Assembly: GCA_965197745.1 (NCBI GenBank)
Contig: CBDANS010000007.1
Span: forward strand, 672,001 to 736,000
Reading direction: 5' to 3'
Source of the DNA: Opitutales bacterium
Lineage (GTDB): Bacteria; Verrucomicrobiota; Verrucomicrobiia; Opitutales; PNEW01
DNA: 64,000 bases
A model generated the notes under the pieces. That model made no database searches. It was not told the origin of the DNA and saw nothing but the letters and a program-made list of their open reading frames with translations. Position 1 is the first letter of the stretch. Every line of letters begins with the position of its first letter. The position numbers and the translations under genes were made by a program. This document shows positions 1 through 10,404 of this stretch, piece by piece.

Positions 1-2
1 TA

Positions 3-1049
3 GAAAAAGTCCGCCGCTCCCATCCTCGAGTCATTCGCATCCTCGTAACCGCTTATACCGATTTCGACGCGGCAATCGATGCGGTCAACACCGGAGCTAT
101 TTATAAATACATTATAAAGCCATGGAATGTATCAGAACTTAAAATAACCCTTAAGCAAGGTCTTGAATATTTTGCCCTGCAAAAAGAGAGAGACCGCCTG
201 ATGCAGGAGAAATTATCCATCCTTCATAATATGATTATCACTGATCGAGTCATTAACCTTGGTATTCTCGCGGCAGGTTTAGGTCGTTATGTGCGAAATT
301 CTTTTGTCGCGGTGAGAACCTTTTTCGATCTCGTCCCTTCCAGGTTGAAGGAGGAAAAAATAAATGTGAATGAATTGAGCAACCCGAAATTTTGGAATGA
401 ATTCTACCTGCATGTCCAAAACCAGATCTGCCGTGTCTTAAAACTATTGGACGATCTGGGTGTAGTTACGGAAATAGCTTCGACGGTTAACCAGGAACCA
501 TTGCATTTGAACGATGTCCTTGAAGCCACCTTGAATAAATTAAATAGGGATCTTCAGAAAAAAGAAATTAATGTGACGAAACATATACCTCATAATTTAG
601 CTCCTCTGACCGTGAATAGCGCTAATTTTCACCGGTTATTCGAACTTTTACTTAAAGATGAAATAATATATTTATCAGAGGGCGGTGAAATTTCTATCAG
701 TGCGCGCGATCTTTATGCTGAGGACGAAGGTGGCCATAAAATAGAGATAGCGATTTGTGATAATGGTCCGGGTTTGCCTGAGGATGAGATAAGTTCAGTA
801 TTTGATCCATTTTATCTGCGAAATGGTGATCCCCAGGAGTTTGGAATAAATCTCATGGCCTGTTATTTCATTGTGTATCATCATGGAGGTAAAATTGAGG
901 TGGGCAGTGATGGAGAAAGAGGGACAAAATTTACGATTACTTTTGATACCCGAACCCAGGCCATAGAAAATGGTGTGGAGGAGCGAGAATTACTCGGCAA
1001 AGTTTTAAAGAATGAGAAATTATTGGAAAAAATGCTGGCCGAATACTAA
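3..1049 (+). CDS. Hybrid response regulator / histidine-kinase-like protein, 5' end outside the window
   Basis: The frame is open from base 3 (EKVRRSHPRVIRILVTAYTDFDAAIDAVNTGAIYKYIIKPW, the C-half of a REC domain) into ORF 201-1049. That ORF has a HATPase G1 box (DNGPGL) and F box (FDPF). The H-box reads AAGLGRYVRN and lacks His. Confidence 0.85.
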   Translation, partial: EKVRRSHPRVIRILVTAYTDFDAAIDAVNTGAIYKYIIKPWNVSELKITLKQGLEYFALQKERDRLMQEKLSILHNMIITDRVINLGILAAGLGRYVRNSFVAVRTFFDLVPSRLKEEKINVNELSNPKFWNEFYLHVQNQICRVLKLLDDLGVVTEIASTVNQEPLHLNDVLEATLNKLNRDLQKKEINVTKHIPHNLAPLTVNSANFHRLFELLLKDEIIYLSEGGEISISARDLYAEDEGGHKIEIAICDNGPGLPEDEISSVFDPFYLRNGDPQEFGINLMACYFIVYHHGGKIEVGSDGERGTKFTITFDTRTQAIENGVEERELLGKVLKNEKLLEKMLAEY

Positions 1050-1401
1050 TGCCGATAGATCGACCATTAATATAAATTCAGCATTTAATTTTTAAATATT
1101 CTCAAGGGCAAATACCTATTTCGCACTTCAATGGAAAATAATGAAGCTCATCGCCATTGATTAACTCAATTTATTTTCCCGTGACTTGAGTTATAAGATC
1201 CCTCTACTTATAGAATTCACGCTTGAATACGATTCCCGGTGAATTAAGCTTGATTGTTCCGTCAATTTCTTGAAAGTCAACAACCTGTTGATTTTAATTG
1301 GAGTGGGAAGAATGAGAAATCTGTCGAGTTACATGCGTTTATTTGTAACTAATGGATGATTTCTAAGGATTTTAGTTTTTCATAAAAATTTATATTTAAT
1401 T

Positions 1402-1902
1402 ATGCGGCATACGATCTCAGTTTTAGTGGAAAATAAATTCGGCGTTTTGACGAGGGTCGCTGGCATGTTCAGCGGCCGCGGGTTCAATATCGACACCCTC
1501 AATGTCGGTCCCACTCAAGACCCTAATTTATCGCGCATTACGGCAACGGTACAAGGAGATAATGAACAACTCGACCAGTGTATTAAGCAGCTGCATAAGC
1601 TTGTTAACGTTATAGAAGTGATCGATTTGAGAGTTGGCCAGTTTGTGGCCCGAGAATTGATCATGGTGAAAATCTCCGCGAATTCGAAGACCCGTTCCGA
1701 GCTGGTGCAAATATGCGACATATTTCGTTCCAAGATTATCGACGTCGGTCATGATCGTATTATCATTGAAATGACGGGTGATGAGAGCAAAGTGAACGCA
1801 TTTTTAGAACTGGTTGAACCCTTTGGGATACGCGAGCTTGCCCGAACCGGCAGCGTGGCCCTTCAACGAAGGACGGCTAAAGCTAAGAATAAGGAAGGTT
1901 GA
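1402..1902 (+). CDS. ilvN: Acetolactate synthase small regulatory subunit
   Basis: MRHTISVLVENKFGVLTRVAGMFSGRGFNIDTL ACT-domain signature; upstream of ilvC. Confidence 0.97.
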   Translation: MRHTISVLVENKFGVLTRVAGMFSGRGFNIDTLNVGPTQDPNLSRITATVQGDNEQLDQCIKQLHKLVNVIEVIDLRVGQFVARELIMVKISANSKTRSELVQICDIFRSKIIDVGHDRIIIEMTGDESKVNAFLELVEPFGIRELARTGSVALQRRTAKAKNKEG

Positions 1903-1949
1903 TTTAAAAGCATACCATTATAACTAAGGATAAAAGAAAAAGGACGAAT

Positions 1950-2978
1950 ATGCCTGCAAAAGTCTATACTAATAAAGACGCGAATCTAACTGTATTAAAA
2001 AACAAAACCCTCGCGATGCTCGGCTATGGTTCTCAAGGTCACGCTCATGCGCAAAATTTGAAAGATAGCGGTTTAAAGGTTATAATTGGCTTATACCCTC
2101 AGAGTAAATCGATTAAAATTGCTAAAAAGCAGGGATTCGAAGTTTACGACGTGCCCACGGCGGTCAGCAAAGCCGATGTCATAATGATAGCGGTGCCTGA
2201 TATGGTACAGCCTGAACTTTATAAAAGTAAGATAGCTCCCAATCTTACGTCCGGCAAGACCATCGTTTTCAGTCATGGTTTTAGTATCCATTTTAATCTG
2301 ATCAAGCCATCGAAGAACATAGATGTTATAATGGTTGCTCCCAAGGGGCCCGGACAAATTGTGCGAAGACAGTATCTGGAAGGTAAAGGTGTCCCCGCGC
2401 TCATTGCTGTTGCCCCGGGTTCCTCCAAAAAAGCCAAGTCTGTGGCGCTGGCCTGGGCTAAAGGGATTGGCGCCACACGAGCGGGAGTGCTCCAGACTAC
2501 CTTTAAAGAAGAAACTGAAACGGACCTCTTTGGGGAACAGGCAGTCCTCTGCGGTGGCGCCAGTGCTCTTGTCCTTGCGGGTTATGAGACGCTGATCGAC
2601 GCGGGATATCAACCGGAGATGGCATACTTTGAATGCCTGCATGAATTAAAACTTATCGTTGATCTTATGGTTGAATCCGGAATTGCGGGAATGCGTTTTG
2701 CGGTATCAGAAACAGCAAAATTCGGAGATATTACCCGCGGCCCTCGCGTCATCAACTCTCAGACGAAGAAGATCATGAAAAGTATTCTTAAAGATGTCCA
2801 ATCGGGGAAATTTGCCAGAGAATGGGTCAAGGAATACAAAAATGGATTACCGAGATATAATGCATTACTCAAAAAAGGCGAAAAACATCATATAGAAAAA
2901 ACGGGACAACGCCTTCGCAATCTAATGCCGTGGGTCAAAAAGAGGAATATTAAAGGAGCTCAAGCTGCTTATAGCTGA
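1950..2978 (+). CDS. ilvC: Ketol-acid reductoisomerase
   Basis: GYGSQGHAHAQNL, MVAPKGPG and ETETDLFGEQAVLCGG motifs. Confidence 0.98.
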   Translation: MPAKVYTNKDANLTVLKNKTLAMLGYGSQGHAHAQNLKDSGLKVIIGLYPQSKSIKIAKKQGFEVYDVPTAVSKADVIMIAVPDMVQPELYKSKIAPNLTSGKTIVFSHGFSIHFNLIKPSKNIDVIMVAPKGPGQIVRRQYLEGKGVPALIAVAPGSSKKAKSVALAWAKGIGATRAGVLQTTFKEETETDLFGEQAVLCGGASALVLAGYETLIDAGYQPEMAYFECLHELKLIVDLMVESGIAGMRFAVSETAKFGDITRGPRVINSQTKKIMKSILKDVQSGKFAREWVKEYKNGLPRYNALLKKGEKHHIEKTGQRLRNLMPWVKKRNIKGAQAAYS

Positions 2979-3134
2979 ACGTCGTCTGCAGTTATAGTGG
3001 GGTGCATTTCCAACGGAATTATAAAAGCAAAGCCCACATTTTCTGTTAACGATTGCTTCCATGGGATAGTCTTAATCCCGGACATAGTATTCCAATGATC
3101 AATTAGGGGTAGGACAGATGTTTTTTGCGTTGGT

Positions 3135-3995
3135 ATGATGAGCAGCAAAATAACTTTAACGACGAGGAAAAGTCCGTTGGCCCTGATCCAAACGGATCTT
3201 GCCCGGGTTTATCTAAAAGAGAGACTGCCCGAATGTGAATTCGATTTGTTAAAACTATCAACTACTGGGGACAATAAACAGGACTGGTCGCTTGAAGGGA
3301 AAGGTGGAAAAGGGCTTTTTACAAAAGAATTGGAAAGAGCGTTAATAGATGGTCGGGCAGATCTGGCCGTGCATAGTGCTAAGGACTTGCCGATGGAATT
3401 GGAGCCGGGATTGGCGATAGCTGGCTATTTACCCAGAGCTGACGCTCATGATGTCCTCGTATTGGATGAAAGCCGCACTGATCCTAGAATGATCGCTTCG
3501 GGTAGCCCGCGACGACGGGCCCAAAGCCGTTTGCTCTACCCAAAGAGTGAGTGGTGTGAAATTCGCGGAAATGTTGAAACCCGTTTGAAAAAAATTTCAT
3601 CGGGATCAGCTGATGCTACTATACTTGCAGCCGCAGGTCTTAATAGACTCGGCATCGATACATGGCCAAAACTCGTTTTTAAAACCTTATCGTATGATGA
3701 AATGGTTCCAGCGGCGGGGCAGGGAGCTATCGCAATTGAATGCCGAGCAGACGATACTTCTAAATACCGCACACTCCTGGATGAAGATACGCGCCGAGCC
3801 ATAACCATTGAACGTATTCTGATCAGCGAACTTGGCGGCGGTTGCCACAGTTCGCATGCTGCATATTTCAGTAATGATAAATTACTCGTTTATCATGAGG
3901 ACCACGGATTAAAAGAATTTCATTTAGCGGGAATGAGTGATGCTGAAATAGAGAACCGCTTACGTGAGATTGTTAATGAATTACAGGAGTCATGA
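3135..3995 (+). CDS. hemC: Hydroxymethylbilane synthase (porphobilinogen deaminase)
   Basis: TRKSPLAL, GKGLFTKELE, AVHSAKD, RGNVETRL and PAAGQG motifs, plus the cofactor Cys in GGGC. Confidence 0.96.
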   Translation: MMSSKITLTTRKSPLALIQTDLARVYLKERLPECEFDLLKLSTTGDNKQDWSLEGKGGKGLFTKELERALIDGRADLAVHSAKDLPMELEPGLAIAGYLPRADAHDVLVLDESRTDPRMIASGSPRRRAQSRLLYPKSEWCEIRGNVETRLKKISSGSADATILAAAGLNRLGIDTWPKLVFKTLSYDEMVPAAGQGAIAIECRADDTSKYRTLLDEDTRRAITIERILISELGGGCHSSHAAYFSNDKLLVYHEDHGLKEFHLAGMSDAEIENRLREIVNELQES

Positions 3996-5533
3996 CTACG
4001 GGGGGTGTTTATCTAGTGGGAGCTGGTCCTGGAGATCTGGGATTACTCACGCTGCGCGCCAGAGAGCTCATCGAAATTGCCGATGTATTGGTTTATGATT
4101 ACTTGGTCAATGAAAGATTGCTCGATTGGTGTAAGGAAAACTGTGAAAAAATATATGTGGGAAAAAAGCCGGGTTTTCACGCGATCTCTCAGGACGAAAT
4201 TGAGGATATTATAGTAAAGTATGCCCGTGAGGGTAAAACCGTTGTCAGATTGAAAGGAGGAGACCCTTTCATTTTCGGTCGAGGTGGAGAAGAGGCCCTT
4301 CGAATGACAGCGGATGGGATATCCTATGAAATTGTTCCGGGCGTGACAGCCGCTCTGGCTACTGCAGCCTATGCAGGTGTACCTCTAACGCATCGCGATA
4401 TCAGTTCCTCCATCAGCATACTGACGGGCCATGAAAATATAGAAAAACATGAGTCGCGAGTCTCGTTCAGGGATTTTGCCAAAACTGCTGAGACCCTCTG
4501 TATATATATGGGAATGGGACGTCTTGCAACGATTACGGTCGAGCTTATGGAGGGAGGCCTCTCACCAGATACACCGGTTGTCGTTGTCCAATGGGCTACC
4601 CTGCCTCGGCAGCGCAGTCTTCTCGCAACCTTATCAACGGTGACCGAAGAATGTCGGATAAAGAACCTCAGTAATCCGAGTGTAATCGTGGTTGGAAAGG
4701 TATCGCAGTTTTATAACACCATGGGTTGGTTTGAGCGAAAGCCACTCTTTGGCAAGCGCATCGTTGTCACGCGCAGTCGCCAGCAATCAGCGGATCTAAG
4801 TCGAAAGCTTGAAGTTGCCGGTGCTGAAGTAATGGAACTCCCCCTCATTCAGATTAAAATGGAGAGTGATGTAAAATCACATATTGAAATATTTGCGGGA
4901 ATTGGAGTATATGATTGGATTGTATTTACCAGTGCTAATGGTGCTGAATGCTTTTTTAATATTTTTTTTAAAACATTTACTGATATACGGTCATTTGGTT
5001 TTCTCAAAATCGCGGCTGTCGGTACCGCAACCGAAGCGGAAATAAATAAATATCATCTTAAAGTTGATTTGGTGCCAGATACAGCTGTTGCGGAAGAATT
5101 AGTCGAAGCTCTGGTCAAAGAGGAATCAATAGAACATCAAAAAATACTGGTCGTTACCGGTAATCGTAATCGCGATGTAATTGTTAAAAAACTCGAAGAA
5201 GCGATGGCGATTGTGGACACCATGACAGTATATAAAACAGAAAAAACAGACCTTTCCCAGCATCCCACGGCAAATATATTTCGTCAGGAGGGAGCAGATG
5301 CGGTTACTTTTACCAGTTCTTCCACGGTGCAATCCTTTGTCGAACAAGCAGCGTCACTTCAACTTGAGAAAGATGCTCAGAGACCCATAACCTGCAGTAT
5401 TGGACCCATCACTTCAGAAACTATGAGAAAGGCAGGTATGCCTGTTGATGCGGAAGCGAAATATGCATCCATTGACGGGATGATAGAAGCATTAATTGAT
5501 AAATTCAATTCGGAGAATGATAAGACTGAATGA
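3992..5533 (+). CDS. cobA: Fused uroporphyrinogen-III C-methyltransferase / uroporphyrinogen-III synthase (CobA-HemD)
   Basis: N-terminal VYLVGAGPGD and RLKGGDPFIFGRGGEE; C-terminal HemD motifs IVVTRS, VFTSANG, FTSSSTV and SIGPITS. ATGA overlap with hemC. Confidence 0.95.
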   Translation: MTTGGVYLVGAGPGDLGLLTLRARELIEIADVLVYDYLVNERLLDWCKENCEKIYVGKKPGFHAISQDEIEDIIVKYAREGKTVVRLKGGDPFIFGRGGEEALRMTADGISYEIVPGVTAALATAAYAGVPLTHRDISSSISILTGHENIEKHESRVSFRDFAKTAETLCIYMGMGRLATITVELMEGGLSPDTPVVVVQWATLPRQRSLLATLSTVTEECRIKNLSNPSVIVVGKVSQFYNTMGWFERKPLFGKRIVVTRSRQQSADLSRKLEVAGAEVMELPLIQIKMESDVKSHIEIFAGIGVYDWIVFTSANGAECFFNIFFKTFTDIRSFGFLKIAAVGTATEAEINKYHLKVDLVPDTAVAEELVEALVKEESIEHQKILVVTGNRNRDVIVKKLEEAMAIVDTMTVYKTEKTDLSQHPTANIFRQEGADAVTFTSSSTVQSFVEQAASLQLEKDAQRPITCSIGPITSETMRKAGMPVDAEAKYASIDGMIEALIDKFNSENDKTE

Positions 5534-5718
5534 ATCCGTATCATTTGACACCCCTTTTTTGCATACACCTGTAACGCGTATTTTAAGTTTTTTTTCCAGG
5601 GAAATGTTTGAAGAGAAGAGACCTTTTCCTGCGCCGCGGCAGATCCGCAGTGTTTAAGTGGTTGCGGTGACAGTATTTTCGGGTCAGGCTGAATTTTCTA
5701 TCATTTAAATCCGTTGCA

Positions 5719-6363
5719 ATGGGAACTACCGTAAAGATCAAAGTCTGTGGTATCACACGTGAAGAGGATGCGTTGACTTCTCTTAAAGTGGGAGCCGATT
5801 TCATCGGCTTGAACATTTATCCGCAATCGCCTCGTGCTGTAGCCTCGGATTCATTGGGTAGTCTATTAGATAAAATTCCCCAGGGTAAACGCGTCATGGT
5901 TGATGTTTCACCTTCGACTGAAGAACTAAAGCGAAGGATAGATCTTGGTTTCGACTTTTTTCAGATTAACTTTGACGTGAGCACACCGATAAATGAGGTG
6001 GCCTTATGGAGTGGATGTGTGGGGCCTGAAAAGCTTTGGCTGGCGCCGCGGATCCCGCCGAGCGTGCCGTTCCCTGAATCTATCTTGAAATATGCCGATA
6101 CCCTGGTTATTGACCGTTATTCCAAGAATAAATTCGGAGGTACCGGTAAGGTAAGTAACTGGAAATTATTTTATGAATGGCAGGATACATACTCAGATAA
6201 AAAGTGGATCCTCACAGGTGGATTAAATCCCGACAATATAAGTGCTGCACTTGCAGAGACAGAAGCTGCTTACATTGATATCAACAGCGGTGTTGAATCA
6301 GCTCCGGGTATCAAAGACGCATATAAACTAAAGGAATTTTTTACGATCGCGCGCCGAACTTAA
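5719..6363 (+). CDS. trpF: Phosphoribosylanthranilate isomerase
   Basis: KIKVCGIT, SPRAV, GGTGK, GGLNPDNI and DINSGVESAPGIKD motifs. Confidence 0.95.
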   Translation: MGTTVKIKVCGITREEDALTSLKVGADFIGLNIYPQSPRAVASDSLGSLLDKIPQGKRVMVDVSPSTEELKRRIDLGFDFFQINFDVSTPINEVALWSGCVGPEKLWLAPRIPPSVPFPESILKYADTLVIDRYSKNKFGGTGKVSNWKLFYEWQDTYSDKKWILTGGLNPDNISAALAETEAAYIDINSGVESAPGIKDAYKLKEFFTIARRT

Positions 6364-6457
6364 TAATACCCTAGTACGGTAATTTTCCATGCTGTATCCC
6401 TGGAAGTTTAGATAACGGCGTTTATCAACGGACGCGACGCACGCTTTCAATCGGCAA

Positions 6458-7588
6458 CTAGTGTTTAATAAGATCGAAAAACTCCTCGTTGTTTTTGGTC
6501 TTTTCAAGACGGGAAATCGCGGTTTCCGCGGCTTCTTCAACCTTCATTCGTGCTAGAGCACGACGGAAAAAATGACACTGTTCAAGTGTATCGGGGTGGA
6601 GGAGAAGTTCTTCGCGGCGTGTTCCAGAAGATGCAATATTGATTGCCGGCCAGATACGAAGTTCAGCCACTTTACGGTCTAAGACCATCTCCATGTTACC
6701 GGTCCCTTTAAACTCCTGAAAAATAAAGTCGTCCATACGGCTGCCGGTCTCGATAAGGGCTGAGGCAATAATAGTCAGGCTACCGGCCTCTTCTGTATTA
6801 CGTGCCGCGGAAAATAACTGTCGCGGTTTTTCTAAGGCGCGAATATCTAATCCCCCCGTCATAGTACGGCCACCTCCGCCCTTTGCCGAATTATGGGCGC
6901 GAGATAATCGCGTCAGGGAATCAAGCATCAAGACTACATCTCTCCCCGCTTCAACTAACCGTTTGGCGCGCTCGATTGCTAAATCGGCAATACGGATATG
7001 ATTTTGCAGCACTTCATCGTTAGAAGATGCCCAGATCTCAGCCGGCACGCTTCTTTTCAAGTCTGTGACTTCCTCCGGTCTCTCATCTACGAGAAGCATC
7101 ATTACATGACATTCCGGGTTGTTTTCGAGTACGCCGAGAGCAATGTCTCGAAGCAGTGTCGTTTTCCCCGTGCGAGGAGGGGCAACGATGAGGCCGCGTT
7201 GCCCTTTGCCAATCGGACAAAATATATCCATGGCGCGCACCGTCATGTTACTATCTTTAGTTTCAAGTTTCAGCCATTCATCCGGGGTAATAGTTGTCAG
7301 TTGGGTAAATTCAATGCATTTTTTGCGCATATCCACAGTAAGACCGTCAATCGTGTCGATATAACGCACTTTAGGATTGGGAAACCTTTTGTCCTGTTGT
7401 CCCTGGCCAACAATATAACTTCCCCGGCGCACTTTAAAACGTCGAATCAATTCCTGGGGTAGAAATGGATCGGAATCGCGTTTTCGACCATTTTTAGCGG
7501 GGTCCAGCAGATGACCGGAATTATTGGGCTGAGGTTCAAAAATGCCCTCTAAGCTGATACTGTTTTTGGGTTGGTTATTCTTCTCCAT
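6458..7588 (-). CDS. rho: Transcription termination factor Rho (compact form); start taken at ATG 7588
   Basis: PIGKGQRGLIVAPPRTGKT, DERPEEVTD, FQEFKGTGNME and SGTRREELL motifs. Confidence 0.97.
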   Translation of the reverse strand: MEKNNQPKNSISLEGIFEPQPNNSGHLLDPAKNGRKRDSDPFLPQELIRRFKVRRGSYIVGQGQQDKRFPNPKVRYIDTIDGLTVDMRKKCIEFTQLTTITPDEWLKLETKDSNMTVRAMDIFCPIGKGQRGLIVAPPRTGKTTLLRDIALGVLENNPECHVMMLLVDERPEEVTDLKRSVPAEIWASSNDEVLQNHIRIADLAIERAKRLVEAGRDVVLMLDSLTRLSRAHNSAKGGGGRTMTGGLDIRALEKPRQLFSAARNTEEAGSLTIIASALIETGSRMDDFIFQEFKGTGNMEMVLDRKVAELRIWPAINIASSGTRREELLLHPDTLEQCHFFRRALARMKVEEAAETAISRLEKTKNNEEFFDLIKH

Positions 7589-7794
7589 AATAAATGAAAG
7601 CTCAATGGGGCAGATGAAATTTCCCAATTAGGAAGGGAAAATTTAATCAATGTGGAAAAACAGCTGGTTTATAAAACCAATGATAAAGATGTTTCTCGCG
7701 AAAAGAGCCATCAATAAGGATCTATAAAAATTATCCTAGAAAATAATAAGATACTGTCAATGCCGTATTAATACTATAAGAGGACTAAAGGATA

Positions 7795-8391
7795 GTGAAA
7801 AGAGCGCAGGCATTTAGCATTTTAGAGCTGTTGACAGTTATCAGCCTGATTGTCGTTTTACTCAGTTTCACCTTTAGTGTTGCCAACGGTATCAGGCACC
7901 GGGCTGCGGTGTCCCGCACTAAGACAGAACTCTCATCATTGGCAGAGGCGCTGGAACGATTCAAACTTTATCAGGGTGATTATCCCTGGGTTGATGGCTT
8001 CAATCACGATGAAAATGCTAAATTGCTTTACGCTTCTCTCAATGGTAAATGGATATGGGACAGTGAAACGCAGAGATTTGTCTTATCCAATAAAAGGAGA
8101 GTGTTTTTCGATCCCGGAAAATTCAGACTTAAAAATCCCGATGACATAACAGAACCTAAACCAGATTCGAATGGTGATCCGGTGATAATCGATTCGTGGG
8201 ATAATACTTATATCTATGCTTATAAGAATAATTCGAATCATGGCACGACATGGGAAAAAGCTGGTTTTCTTCTCATATCAATGGGGTCAGATGGAAAATT
8301 AGGTTCTCCAATTCCCTCCCATGGCATTCTGGATTTAAATTATTTTAACCTGAATGAAGAAAACGCCGATAATCTTATTTATGGGTATTAG
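7795..8391 (+). CDS. Prepilin / T2SS pseudopilin G-like protein
   Basis: Class III signal A|FSILELLTV with E5, followed by GspG-like motifs LERFKLYQGDYP, DSWDNTY and LISMGSDG. Confidence 0.88.
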   Translation: MKRAQAFSILELLTVISLIVVLLSFTFSVANGIRHRAAVSRTKTELSSLAEALERFKLYQGDYPWVDGFNHDENAKLLYASLNGKWIWDSETQRFVLSNKRRVFFDPGKFRLKNPDDITEPKPDSNGDPVIIDSWDNTYIYAYKNNSNHGTTWEKAGFLLISMGSDGKLGSPIPSHGILDLNYFNLNEENADNLIYGY

Positions 8392-8425
8392 TTTATCTTC
8401 AGGAGATGAATATAATGAGAGGGGA

Positions 8426-9040
8426 GTGGAAACAAAATTTGAGAACGAGGGATTTACTTTAATCGAGTTGCTATTGGCGATCGCCGTAATCGGAATTCTA
8501 ACTGGAATACTGTTCCCTGTTGTCCTCGCGGTGAGAACGCAGGTCTTATTTACGAAAAGCAGGGTTCAGTTCAATCAATACGTTATGGCCTTGGAAGCTT
8601 TCAAACAAGAATACGGATTTTATCCTCGTTTAGGTGAACAATCATCTGTTGGCGATGTCAGTTTCAGCCTGATAAATCCTTCTACTCAAAAATTATTTAT
8701 CGAAACCCTCTCTGCCCGGCCCGCTCATTCTGAAAATCAATCTATCTCTGATGAGGCGAGCGCCTTAAACCGAAAGTCCCTATCTTTTTACAGCTTCTCC
8801 GAATCGGATTTCAACGATAGTGGTGAAATTGTAGACGCATTTGAAAATAGGGATATTAAAATATTTTTGGATGCTGATGGAAACGGTTTCATAAATGCGG
8901 AAATGCTGAAGACTAATTTTAAAGATGTGCATGATAATGATTACGTGCCGGACGATGACGATGTGCCTGACGATATACGTGCGGGTGTAGTTATATTATC
9001 TGCCGGAGAGAGAGGGAATTTTATCAAAAGCTGGGAGTAG
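8426..9040 (+). CDS. Prepilin / pseudopilin G-like protein; start probably GTG 8426 (ORF open from 8354)
   Basis: G|FTLIELLLAIAVIGIL, ALEAFKQEYGFYP, DAFEN and ILSAG. A purine-rich RBS-like sequence GAGAGGGGA precedes the GTG. Confidence 0.85.
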   Translation: METKFENEGFTLIELLLAIAVIGILTGILFPVVLAVRTQVLFTKSRVQFNQYVMALEAFKQEYGFYPRLGEQSSVGDVSFSLINPSTQKLFIETLSARPAHSENQSISDEASALNRKSLSFYSFSESDFNDSGEIVDAFENRDIKIFLDADGNGFINAEMLKTNFKDVHDNDYVPDDDDVPDDIRAGVVILSAGERGNFIKSWE

Positions 9041-9081
9041 TGATTTAAGTCCATCATTTAACTATTAATCCGTCGAATAAG

Positions 9082-9720
9082 GTGAGAACTGCTTACAAAA
9101 AGGTAACATGCGTGGCTGGGTTTACTCTATTAGAATTGGCTGTAGTCACGGGATTAATTTTATTTTTTGTATCCTTTATCGGAGTGGTGTTAAGTAGTCG
9201 AGGAGAAGACCAGGCATTGAAGGCGGGTCAACAGCTTGCGGACAGCATGCTCATGGCAACCCGTGACCTGGCTATGCTTAAAGGCACAAACACCCGGATA
9301 ATAATTCATTATAATTCTCACGAGCCCGATAAATATCTCCGCCTCATGGGAATTATCTTTGAGGAATATCCGGATTCTGGTAGCTGGAAATCGGTCGACA
9401 ACGGTTCTTATTTACCGATGGGAGTTTATTTCCATACGGAATTCAGCACCTGGACGGACGCCCAGATAATGAATTATGAATTTCCCCATCTTGATTTTTA
9501 TGAAGGTGGAAGCGGGGGGAAATGGCTTTTTTTTGAATTCACGCAAACGGGCCTGTCCAGTCATCCAGGTGCCAGATTTATAATTGGCACAGGTCGATTA
9601 GAAACGGTTGGAACCGAAAACTATAAAGTCGACTATAACGCCAACACTATTGGCGGATTTATAATTTGGAAATATGGGGGAATGTCATCGTTTTCAGGAC
9701 CTGAAGCAATCAAAGGTTAA
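9082..9720 (+). CDS. Minor pseudopilin (GspH/FimT-like; resembles Verru_Chthon cassette protein D)
   Basis: G|FTLLELAVV, then ATRDLAMLKGTNTRIII and a WKSVDNGSYLPMGVYF segment typical of H-like pilins. Confidence 0.75.
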   Translation: MRTAYKKVTCVAGFTLLELAVVTGLILFFVSFIGVVLSSRGEDQALKAGQQLADSMLMATRDLAMLKGTNTRIIIHYNSHEPDKYLRLMGIIFEEYPDSGSWKSVDNGSYLPMGVYFHTEFSTWTDAQIMNYEFPHLDFYEGGSGGKWLFFEFTQTGLSSHPGARFIIGTGRLETVGTENYKVDYNANTIGGFIIWKYGGMSSFSGPEAIKG

Positions 9721-9765
9721 AAATAAATTTTTTTTCATTATAGAATATGACAATTAATAACTTAA

Positions 9766-10404
9766 ATGCGTGAATATCCGACTAAGGCATTTTCAATGAT
9801 AGAGATGGTGTTGGCGCTGGGTATCTTTTCTTTTGCGGTATTACCCCTAATCGGTCTTTTAATAAGCTCCTTGAATTCGGCAGGTAAGCTCATCGATTTT
9901 AACCAGGTGGCTGCCATTACCGCTGAGATTGATGCTTTTTTGCAAAGTCGGGAAAATGCTTTTGAAACTGTTTATAGCTGGATGGAAAATGGAGAATGTA
10001 AATCGCTTCTCTTGTATGCAACCAGTGACGATCGAGAACAGTGGAACTCTGAGGAGAGTCCATTCTTTCCCCGTTCGAGAAGCGACTATTTAAGTAAGAC
10101 GATTCGTATTCTTGGATACGGAGGTTCTAATCCTGATCTGATCAAAGAAGAATTGAGTAGAGTCGAGGGATCCGCATTTAAAATAAAGATTTGTGATTCT
10201 CTCGTGTATGAATGGGGAGAAGAGGGGCATAACGATCCAGAAAATCTTGGCCCTTATTCTCAATATGAGGAAGCGTTTCTTGCTCTTACCATTCGCATTT
10301 ATGCATACTCACCCCATCCCTCAATGATTAATGCGCTTTGTGATGAGCATCGCCATGATGAGAAAAATGAGATCATGGTCTATCCCTATGCGCTTAATCG
10401 CTAA
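9766..10404 (+). CDS. Minor pseudopilin (GspI/PilV-like; resembles Verru_Chthon cassette protein B)
   Basis: A|FSMIEMVLALGIFSFAVLPLIGLL N-terminus. Confidence 0.78.
   Translation: MREYPTKAFSMIEMVLALGIFSFAVLPLIGLLISSLNSAGKLIDFNQVAAITAEIDAFLQSRENAFETVYSWMENGECKSLLLYATSDDREQWNSEESPFFPRSRSDYLSKTIRILGYGGSNPDLIKEELSRVEGSAFKIKICDSLVYEWGEEGHNDPENLGPYSQYEEAFLALTIRIYAYSPHPSMINALCDEHRHDEKNEIMVYPYALNR

Noticed and set aside
2091..2642. Antisense or alternate-frame ORFs inside housekeeping genes (e.g. 2091-2642, 6998-7462, 19203-19760, 49507-49983)
   Set aside because: They cover only part of well-conserved genes and show no motifs, so they are treated as shadow ORFs, unlike the full-length case in the IS.
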